A stretch of DNA of 32,000 bases from Coleofasciculaceae cyanobacterium. Its GTDB lineage: Bacteria; Cyanobacteriota; Cyanobacteriia; Cyanobacteriales; Coleofasciculaceae. Of this stretch, positions 9,664 through 17,556 are shown piece by piece (position 1 is the stretch's first letter; each line of letters opens with the position of its first letter). The stretch covers positions 27,526 to 59,525 of the forward strand of contig JBATUR010000045.1 in NCBI GenBank assembly GCA_049671305.1. The letters run 5' to 3'. The notes below the pieces were generated by a model. It searched no databases and was not told the origin of the DNA. It saw only the letters and a list, made by a program, of their open reading frames with translations. The position numbers were made by a program, and so were the translations under genes.

Positions 9664-11802
9664 TTAAGTTTGAACTCCTAAAGCATAAACTTTAGAAAAG
9701 TTTTCTTTAGAGATGTACAAAGTTGTTGGTATTGTCGTTTTATTTTCCAAGATTTCTTGAATTTGAGGTAATGTTACAGGTTTTTTAAACAGCTCAGTAT
9801 CACTAAACTTAATCGCCATAATAACATTATTTGGGTCTTGATCAGCGGCATCAAATATATTTTTTCGTTCAAATATACCTAAATCTCGAAAGCGTCGATA
9901 CAGCTCTTCTGGTTTGCCAATAACAACCTCGTCAAGTCTGGAGCAAGCTCGAATAGCACTAATTCCCCTGTATCCATAACCCTTTTTTTCGTTATCTTGA
10001 CTCACGTACCAGAGAATTCTACCGCATCTACCTGATTTTAATTGTTTTAAACTCTTTTTCGATGTGTAATATACAGCTTCCCTGTTGAGGGCAAGACCTA
10101 TTTTTGTTGCACCGAATAGAGTTTGATTTGCTAATTCTTCATCAAATAATTGTTGTGCCCAGAAGGGTTTAATAGGAATGATGAAAGTTGGTATATCTGC
10201 ATCAATAATCTTTGCCGGGTAGAGAAAACGCTCAATATCAAACATCGTTTGTGTATCTTTAATTGCATCATTTGTATTTAGGTTATTAGCCAGGTGATGA
10301 CAAAAAGTATATTCTTGCCCAAATTTAATCGCTAAATCTTCAAGATGCTGTGAAAGGTTTAGCGCCGTTTCAGCAACTCCTATATTTGCTCTCAACCAAC
10401 CATTTTTAACCTTGATAAAATTATCTTTTTGCATAACTTTAAGAACTTTTTCTTGTATTTTATTATCAGTAATTCTTGTGAATTGTCTATGTTCACGAGC
10501 CGAAGTTAATGCTGCTTGAAAAATTAGATGATGTGTAATAGTTACCGCTAAATGATTATCTCCAACCCTCAACATCGGTATCTCTAGCTCATGTTTTTTG
10601 TGCCTATCATATACCACTAAGACTAGTGGTTGGTTTTCACCCTCTACAATTACAGAACATTCAAATTTATCTGGTTCAGCAAGAAAACGGTGTATTTGCT
10701 GCTGAAAATCAGCTCTATTTTCTCCTTGATTAAAAGACTGAAAGTAGCTGTCTGGGATGGCTTTTTGCCCTATCTGAAGACGTTTTTGCTCTAACTGAGT
10801 ACCCGCTAAACGTACAGGTTGATATTCAGGTTTTTGAAGAAGCTCATCTAATCGAGTAATTAGCTCAACCGGATGAAGAATTGATAATTTGAAGTACTCA
10901 TAAATATCTTCAGCAATATCTAATAAAATACTATTAAAAGTCGTATATATATAAATATTAGCTGCTAAGGTTCTAGCTAGATTGCGGATTTCATATTCGT
11001 CAATTAACGTATTTTTTTCTTGTAGAAATTTCCTTAAATGTTGTTCATTCGTATCTAACTGCTGATGACAAGACAATACAGTAAAATTGTCGGCAAATAG
11101 ACGCATTTCTTTTCTTGCTTTTTCAGTATTTATCTTATCAATTTTATTGAATATTTCACCAGTTATGCACAGTTCTAAATAGGGCTGTAACCAGTCAGCA
11201 ATTAGTAAATGTGCTTCTTCAACTTCCAGTTTACTGTTTATATTTGAGTATAAATGAAAGAAGATTTCCGTATCTACAACTACAAATAGTTTAGATTCAC
11301 GTTGTTGATTGGTAAGAGTAGATAATAAATTAGGATGACCGTAATCGAGCCACCAATAAGTAAGTCTTTTTCCTGGTGTTTTTGCTGGTTTGTCATCTTT
11401 AGCAACAAAACCTAAGCTAGACCAAAAATGCTCTAATTTATAATCTCGACGACAGTTTAGACCAATGCCATTATACTCTTGGGTTATTTCCTTGAGGTGA
11501 TTAAATAAGAGCTTTGCTACTCCTTTTTTGCGCTCTGAAGGATCAACACATAAATGAATAATAGCGATGCGGTTATACTCAGATGAGGGTCTATACAGTA
11601 AATAGCCAACACATTTTGATTGAGGTTCAATAGCTACAATTATTTGGCGAAGTACGGCGTGTCTAAGAAAAGCACCTTCTGGAAAAAAGCCAAGAGTTTT
11701 TTTGTGAGCATCACCTAACTTTATAACTGTTTGTAGGTGAGGAGATTTGTCATCAATTATTTCAATCTTCAACTGTGTCTCTTTAGTCATTTTTTTTTTC
11801 AT
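9664..11802 (-). CDS. Multidomain protein: N-terminal GNAT acetyltransferase, PIN-like segment, unknown central region, C-terminal ASCH/PUA-like domain
   Basis: 712 aa. A GNAT acetyl-CoA motif is present (IHLCVDPSERKKGVAKLLFNHL, then LGF). Residues about 170-320 start like a PIN domain (LFVVVDTEIFFHL). Residues about 535-700 repeat the ASCH-type pattern (FIIPIKPFWAQQLFDE...GRILWYVS...ISAIRA...PEELYRRF). The stop lies 16 nt upstream of the ASCH gene start. Confidence 0.6.
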   Translation of the reverse strand: MKKKMTKETQLKIEIIDDKSPHLQTVIKLGDAHKKTLGFFPEGAFLRHAVLRQIIVAIEPQSKCVGYLLYRPSSEYNRIAIIHLCVDPSERKKGVAKLLFNHLKEITQEYNGIGLNCRRDYKLEHFWSSLGFVAKDDKPAKTPGKRLTYWWLDYGHPNLLSTLTNQQRESKLFVVVDTEIFFHLYSNINSKLEVEEAHLLIADWLQPYLELCITGEIFNKIDKINTEKARKEMRLFADNFTVLSCHQQLDTNEQHLRKFLQEKNTLIDEYEIRNLARTLAANIYIYTTFNSILLDIAEDIYEYFKLSILHPVELITRLDELLQKPEYQPVRLAGTQLEQKRLQIGQKAIPDSYFQSFNQGENRADFQQQIHRFLAEPDKFECSVIVEGENQPLVLVVYDRHKKHELEIPMLRVGDNHLAVTITHHLIFQAALTSAREHRQFTRITDNKIQEKVLKVMQKDNFIKVKNGWLRANIGVAETALNLSQHLEDLAIKFGQEYTFCHHLANNLNTNDAIKDTQTMFDIERFLYPAKIIDADIPTFIIPIKPFWAQQLFDEELANQTLFGATKIGLALNREAVYYTSKKSLKQLKSGRCGRILWYVSQDNEKKGYGYRGISAIRACSRLDEVVIGKPEELYRRFRDLGIFERKNIFDAADQDPNNVIMAIKFSDTELFKKPVTLPQIQEILENKTTIPTTLYISKENFSKVYALGVQT

Positions 11803-11875
11803 AGATTAGATAGCTGGTTCGTTGGTTTTGAATAACGACTTGTCTCTGGTTTAAGTTAAACCACTCAATTGATAC

Positions 11876-12049
11876 TTACCATATATCAACCAGCGTCATC
11901 CTAATATCATGTTCCACTTCTTCAGTACTTTGAATCTGTAAGAGCATTGCTGTCACTTTTCGTCCATTTTTAAAAATCATATTTGATTCATTCTTGCTAA
12001 CTAGCATTTGCAGTAAATCGCCCCCATTACTTATAATTTTCTCTTTCAA
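11876..12049 (-). CDS. Possible mini-ORF. It is 57 aa from the TTG at 12049, or 43 aa from the ATG at 12007. Product unknown.
   Basis: Hand translation: (M)KEKIISNGGDLLQMLVSKNESNMIFKNGRKVTAMLLQIQSTEEVEHDIRMTLVDIW*. It is below the 60-aa track cut-off. It fills most of the otherwise empty gap between two co-directional genes. No clear SD was seen. Confidence 0.25.
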   Translation of the reverse strand: MKEKIISNGGDLLQMLVSKNESNMIFKNGRKVTAMLLQIQSTEEVEHDIRMTLVDIW

Positions 12050-12062
12050 ATAATGCCATTTT

Positions 12063-12578
12063 TTAATCCCACCAGTAGCAAATTACAACGGCATCACAAT
12101 TACGTTGCATATTATCAGCAAGCCCTTCTAACAATCTAGGTCTTAAACCACGCTTAAGCCGCCAAGTATAACTATAATCCTCATTCGTGCTATCACTCAC
12201 ATCTACTGAATCAGCACGCCATTTTTTGCCCAAGTCCATAAGTTGAAAAACCGTTGTATCTTTGTTTTCAGCAAGGATGTATAACGTATCCGCAGGATAG
12301 GGAATGAACCGAATCATACTAGTTTCAGGCATAGGACGATAGTTTGCCATCGCTAGAAGCGTATCGATTACACCGCTAAAACTTAAACCATTTTCATCGG
12401 GTGCAAATATCGGTTTTGTGAATAGAAAGCTAGCCCATAAAGCAGAATGATTAGCAAGATCAGTAATCACTTCTTCGCCATCAAACTCATTAAATTGACG
12501 CTGCCAAACTAGTGCCGCAAAAAGTTCTTGAGGAGAATAAGATTGAGCAATTGATTGAATTTTAGCTAAGTCAAGCAT
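12063..12578 (-). CDS. Hypothetical protein, 171 aa, no recognisable family. First gene of the minus-strand cassette.
   Basis: ATG start preceded by GAGGA. It is co-directional with the 712-aa gene. No motifs I can assign. Confidence 0.6.
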   Translation of the reverse strand: MLDLAKIQSIAQSYSPQELFAALVWQRQFNEFDGEEVITDLANHSALWASFLFTKPIFAPDENGLSFSGVIDTLLAMANYRPMPETSMIRFIPYPADTLYILAENKDTTVFQLMDLGKKWRADSVDVSDSTNEDYSYTWRLKRGLRPRLLEGLADNMQRNCDAVVICYWWD

Positions 12579-12799
12579 CGTTTATTCCTCACTTGTTGGC
12601 AGCTAGCTATTGTGATTATCCAGAGATGAGCAACAGCGATCTGCTTACTGTAGTGCGATCGCTTGAGCAGGAGAGCTGCTGCTCTTCAGATCGCAAAATA
12701 CTGCTCTTAATCCCAATAATTATTTCATCTAGGCATGATGCCGCATAACCTGCCTATGATAGAGAAGACTCGCTTAAGATGATATAACTCCACTCTCGC

Positions 12800-15640
12800 A
12801 TGATTAACATTAGCGAGTTTCAATCATACCTGCAAGAAATCTGCCGCTACTACGAGCAGTGGTGGACTGAGGTTGCTTTAACTGACACGATCGCAAATCA
12901 ACTTGCTCGCTTCTCATTTGAGCAGATGGTGCAAACTGAGGAGAAGGAGAAGACAGAGGAAAAACCGCAGAAAATCTCGCTGCCAATTTTTCAAGGAATA
13001 CAGACTTACCTTCAATCAGAGCATATCTTATTAGTTGGTTCGCCCGGTGTCGGCAAATCAACGGCTCTTTTACGTTGTTTAATTAGCTTTGCTTCATTGG
13101 AACTTGAGAAACCAGAACCTCGAATTCCCGTGCTGATAAAGTTGAAAATGTATGAGGTTCCTCCACCTAACTCTGAAGATCCTTCGGGGATGTTGGCACT
13201 AATTAGAGCTGCTCTTAAGCCACAACTACGACGACTAAAACTGAAAATTCCAGAAATTCCAAAAGTTGAAGAGCTATTGTTTCAGAAACGACTGATTCTG
13301 CTCTTAGACGGCTTGAACGAGATGCCAGCAGACACACGTCGTACAAAATTGCAAGTATTTCGTGACGAGTGCAAAGATTCCGAAATACCTCTTATCTGCA
13401 CAACAAGAGAAGGTGGCGGTACTCTAGGCATCAACAGGCAATTAGAAATTCAACCGCCTAGCTCTTTAGAGATTGATCGCTTTTTACGAGAATGTATGCC
13501 CGCTCAAGGGCAACAAGTGTTGCAATTGTTGAACCGAGATAACCGAGAGTTGAGCCGCACGCCATTTGTTTTATGGATGCTGTATCAATTGTTTCAGGAG
13601 AAAGGCGTTGTTGTAGAGACTTTGGGAGAGGCATTCCGGCAATTTTTTCAGTCTTTCCAAAAATACAAAGAAGATGCACCTGTTAGCGATGAGCGCCGCG
13701 AAGATTGGAATCTTTGGCTGGAATGTTTGGCATTTACAATGCTAAACTCTCCACCAAATGAGTCTAGTTTGGTAATCTCTAAGGAACGAGCAGAAAAAGT
13801 TCTTGCTGAAAGTGAAAGGTTTGGTCATCTTTATGGTGCTTCATCCCGGATTGAAGAGTTACTTAAGTATCACCTTTTGGAGAGAGTTTCTGATAAGGAA
13901 GTTAGTTTTCATCATCAATTGATTCAGGAATATTATGCGGCAGAATGTCTACTTCCTCAGCTATCTGAACTGATTAAAGAGCAATCAGGTCAGAAATATA
14001 CTCGATTTCAGATAGATTATCTCAACTATTTGAAATGGACAGAAGCGATCGCGATTATGCTTGGGCTACCGGAGATTACTGAAAACCAGGCAGAACGATT
14101 AATAAAGTTGGCGTTGGATGTGGATTTGCAGTTGGGAGCAAGGTTGGCGGGGGAAGTCAAACCAGATTTTCAACAGAAAACAGTTAGCATGATTGCTAAA
14201 CAGCAAGTCTGTAAGAAACTTAGAAGTAGGCTGCTAGGTAAAACACGCTCTGAGGCTGCTGTTCCACTGTTAATCGAATTACTTCAGGATGAAAGTTCCT
14301 CTGTACGTTCCGATGTAGTTTATGCATTAGGACAAATTGGTGGTGAAGCAGCAATTTCAGTATTAATCGAGGCATTGAACGATGATAACTATTCTGTGCG
14401 TTCCGGCGTAATTGATGCATTAGATCAGATTGGTGGAGAATTAGTACGTCCTGGTCTTATTAAAGCTTTAGAAGATGAAGATAAGTACTTAAGCAGAAAA
14501 GCACTTTTATTATTAGCAGAAATAGACTTAGGAGACAACTTTGAAATACTAAGTAATGCAATTTTAGACCCTGATACTAGTTTGGTTGCAGCTATTGCGA
14601 TAACTAGAATTGATTCAAAAAAATCTGCTCCAGTCCTGCTCAAAGCAATTAAAAGTTCAAACTTTCGTGTGCAATTTAGTGCAGCGTTTGCACTGGGAAC
14701 GATGGGATTTGAAATTGCAGTACCAGTTTTACAACAAGCAATTGAAATTATAGATTTATCAGATATTCATAGGATGGTAATTCACCTATTAGCAAGAATT
14801 GACTCAGAACAAGCTGTCTCAGCCATGAAAAAACTGATTCAAGATCCAAATCCTGATAAAAGTAATCTAGTAATCAATACTTTACTGTCAATGGACATCG
14901 AAGAGATTGCCCCAGCTCTGCGTAGAGTCATTCAAGACCCAATAAGTGAATATAAAACGAGCTTTGATCGAAAACTCAACATAGTCAATACAGAAGAAAT
15001 ATCTGACTGCCTTCTTCAAGCTACACAGAATATACGTCCTGATGTAGTAAAAAGTGCAGCTTTTCTTTTGAGAAAATATGGAAATCCTGAAATGCTTTCT
15101 ACCCTTTGGCAGCAGCAAATCAGGCTTTTTCAAGAGGATATTGTTGAAACCATCGCTTCCATCCAATCACGCTGCCAATTCTACAATTACGAAATCGCAC
15201 AATCTTCCCGACCCGCAGCGCCAAAGGCAGAATATTCAAACTCACCACAAGGATTTACTATCATGACTGACAAACAACCAATCATCAACTTTAATCAATC
15301 AAATGCGACTGTAGGTGTCAATTATGCCGCTGAAAATAGCAACATCAAATTTCAGCAAAACGTCAAAAACATCTCCGAACAAGACCTTGCCGAAGCTGCA
15401 AAAAAAATTCAATCTCTCTTAAGTCAACTCGCTCAAACCTATTCCCATACCACCGAGTCCCAACAACAGACCTTCATTCAAAAATTTATAGCACAGCTTG
15501 AATCTACTCCTGACCTCATAAAAGTTATCCTCGCAGGTGGTATCGAATGGCTAAAAATTCTCTGTCCTCCTACTGGAATTCCTATTGAAATGTCACGTAG
15601 CCTCTACGAAGCTGTGCAAAAACGTGACAGTCAAGCGTAA
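12800..15640 (+). CDS. NACHT-family STAND NTPase with C-terminal HEAT (PBS-lyase-type) repeats and an extra tail of about 125 aa
   Basis: 946 aa. Walker A LLVGSPGVGKST starts near nt 13037, and Walker B is LILLLDGLNEM. Repeated HEAT units are present (SSVRSDVVYALGQIGGEAAISVLIEALNDDNYSVRSGVIDALDQIGGE...). A short helical N-terminus of about 75 aa precedes the P-loop. Confidence 0.85.
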   Translation: MINISEFQSYLQEICRYYEQWWTEVALTDTIANQLARFSFEQMVQTEEKEKTEEKPQKISLPIFQGIQTYLQSEHILLVGSPGVGKSTALLRCLISFASLELEKPEPRIPVLIKLKMYEVPPPNSEDPSGMLALIRAALKPQLRRLKLKIPEIPKVEELLFQKRLILLLDGLNEMPADTRRTKLQVFRDECKDSEIPLICTTREGGGTLGINRQLEIQPPSSLEIDRFLRECMPAQGQQVLQLLNRDNRELSRTPFVLWMLYQLFQEKGVVVETLGEAFRQFFQSFQKYKEDAPVSDERREDWNLWLECLAFTMLNSPPNESSLVISKERAEKVLAESERFGHLYGASSRIEELLKYHLLERVSDKEVSFHHQLIQEYYAAECLLPQLSELIKEQSGQKYTRFQIDYLNYLKWTEAIAIMLGLPEITENQAERLIKLALDVDLQLGARLAGEVKPDFQQKTVSMIAKQQVCKKLRSRLLGKTRSEAAVPLLIELLQDESSSVRSDVVYALGQIGGEAAISVLIEALNDDNYSVRSGVIDALDQIGGELVRPGLIKALEDEDKYLSRKALLLLAEIDLGDNFEILSNAILDPDTSLVAAIAITRIDSKKSAPVLLKAIKSSNFRVQFSAAFALGTMGFEIAVPVLQQAIEIIDLSDIHRMVIHLLARIDSEQAVSAMKKLIQDPNPDKSNLVINTLLSMDIEEIAPALRRVIQDPISEYKTSFDRKLNIVNTEEISDCLLQATQNIRPDVVKSAAFLLRKYGNPEMLSTLWQQQIRLFQEDIVETIASIQSRCQFYNYEIAQSSRPAAPKAEYSNSPQGFTIMTDKQPIINFNQSNATVGVNYAAENSNIKFQQNVKNISEQDLAEAAKKIQSLLSQLAQTYSHTTESQQQTFIQKFIAQLESTPDLIKVILAGGIEWLKILCPPTGIPIEMSRSLYEAVQKRDSQA

Positions 15641-15795
15641 GACAAGGAGAACAGACCTATTGCAACATATAAGTAACTCTACCCCAACCCTCCTCTTACT
15701 AAGAAGAGGCTTATTTGGGCTTTTGGAAGAGGTCTAATATATCCATGCAAATATACAAAAGCGATCGCGTTACCTCCCAAAGTGTTATCGCCTCA

Positions 15796-17481
15796 TTATC
15801 GCCTCAAACGCCCCGACCTCAAAATACTGACAATCAACCACAACCCAATAAAACTAGCCGCCCCAAACAACACATTACTAATTAACAACAACTGAGGCGT
15901 CCGTGCATTAGTCGAAATAATCGCCGCGCCCATAATCAACGAACCAACTACAATACTAAAGGAAACTCGATTTGCCGAATCATCCATACTACGACGCAAC
16001 GGATCGAGGTCTTTGATTGTAATATTCCATCTCAAAGTTTCCGAAGTAACCCGATCTAATAGCAACTCTAACTGACGCGGAGTTTGCAAGGAAAGACTCT
16101 TAAGATCTAATGCCGTTCTAAGCACTGTCTGCAAAGGATTATCGCCCAATAACTGACGACGAAACAAATCCGTCATCAGCGGTTTTATCTCATTTAAAAG
16201 ATTAATTTCTGGGTCAAAACTACGGGCAACACCTTCTAAATTCGCTAAGGTTTTGGCATACAAGCCCATATTACTAGGAAGCCGCACTTTATTATTTCGT
16301 GAAACTTGCAACACTTCATAAAAAACCTGACTAAAATTGATTTGTGACAGGCTAAGATTATAATATTTACGCAACATCCGGTCGTAATCATTGGAAAGTT
16401 TTGATAAATTTGCCGGATGTGCTGACTCTGCCAAATCTAATGTTAATTGACTACAACGTTGGGCATCTAAATCAACAATTGCCAACAACATTTCTGTTAA
16501 AATCTGCTGGGTGCGCGGGTCTAAACGCCCTACCATGCCACAGTCTAACAGTGCTAGCCGACCATCATTTAAATAAAATAAATTACCAGGATGGGGGTCA
16601 GCATGGAAAAATCCATCAATATAAAGTTGCTGAAAAAAGGAACGGAATAAAAGTGTAGTGATATCTTTGCGTTGAGTATCGGCATCCTTGCCATCTCGCA
16701 AGGCTGGTAACTTTGCTAATAAAATTGGTACACCATCCAACCATTCCATCACCATCAACTTTTTCGAGGTAAAATCCCAGTAAATTTCTGGTACAACTAA
16801 TTGTGTTGGATCAAACCAACGACTTGTTGATAAATTTTGGCGTAGTTGCTGAGTGTAGCCTGCTTCTTGAGTGAAATCGAGTTCCGCTTGTAGCGCCGTT
16901 ACAAACTCTTCTGCCGTCCCGACAATATCAAAATCTTGACCAAAGTTTGTGCGCGAAACCAACTCTGCTAAAGATCTAATTAAACTAATATCTTGAGCGA
17001 CAACCGCATCAATACCAGGACGTTGCACCTTCAGTGCCACTTCTTGACCACTTTTTAGGGTAGCACGGTGGGTTTGGGCAATGGAACCGGCGGCAACGGC
17101 TTGAGGATTAATTGCGGCGAAGGCTTCCTCTAAAGGTATTCTGAGTTGTTGGCGAATTAGAATTTCTACTTCTATCCAGGGTACCGCTGGCACATTTGCT
17201 TGTAAGTCGGTTAGGGCTTCAATATAGTCTCCGGGCAACAAGTCGGGGCGGGTACTGAGGAGTTGCCCCAATTTGACGTAGACGGGTCCCAAATCAATCA
17301 GGATGTTGCGTAAGACTGCGGGAGTCGGGAGATTTGGTTCATCCGTTTTGCCACCCGTCAACAGCCCGCGCATATAGTCCCAGCCATTGCGGAGGACGAC
17401 TTCGATGATTTCCCTTTGTCGGGAAGTGGTTTGAGTTAGGGCAAACATCGCAAGGAAAGCTAAAGGATACAGAAATGGCAA
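15796..17481 (-). CDS. ABC1/UbiB/AarF-family atypical kinase with C-terminal transmembrane segments
   Basis: 561 aa. ABC1 blocks are present (GPVYVKLGQLLSTRPDLLP, AAGSIAQTH, KVQRPG, FHADPHPGNL). The track start is a TTG at 17481. An ATG at 17448 (MFALTQTTSRQ...) is an equally plausible start. Confidence 0.9.
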   Translation of the reverse strand: MPFLYPLAFLAMFALTQTTSRQREIIEVVLRNGWDYMRGLLTGGKTDEPNLPTPAVLRNILIDLGPVYVKLGQLLSTRPDLLPGDYIEALTDLQANVPAVPWIEVEILIRQQLRIPLEEAFAAINPQAVAAGSIAQTHRATLKSGQEVALKVQRPGIDAVVAQDISLIRSLAELVSRTNFGQDFDIVGTAEEFVTALQAELDFTQEAGYTQQLRQNLSTSRWFDPTQLVVPEIYWDFTSKKLMVMEWLDGVPILLAKLPALRDGKDADTQRKDITTLLFRSFFQQLYIDGFFHADPHPGNLFYLNDGRLALLDCGMVGRLDPRTQQILTEMLLAIVDLDAQRCSQLTLDLAESAHPANLSKLSNDYDRMLRKYYNLSLSQINFSQVFYEVLQVSRNNKVRLPSNMGLYAKTLANLEGVARSFDPEINLLNEIKPLMTDLFRRQLLGDNPLQTVLRTALDLKSLSLQTPRQLELLLDRVTSETLRWNITIKDLDPLRRSMDDSANRVSFSIVVGSLIMGAAIISTNARTPQLLLISNVLFGAASFIGLWLIVSILRSGRLRR

Positions 17482-17556
17482 TTATTGTTTGTTGTAGCGT
17501 TGATTGCTAGTGCCTGCCAATGTGTCTGGAGTAGGAGATTAGAGGGGGAAGTCATA

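Noticed and set aside
15691-15710. Short inverted repeat CCTCTTACTAAGAAGAGG between the convergent NACHT and ABC1 genes, considered as a terminator
   Set aside because: The stem is only about 6 bp and imperfect, with no adjacent T-tract on either strand. That is insufficient to call a terminator.
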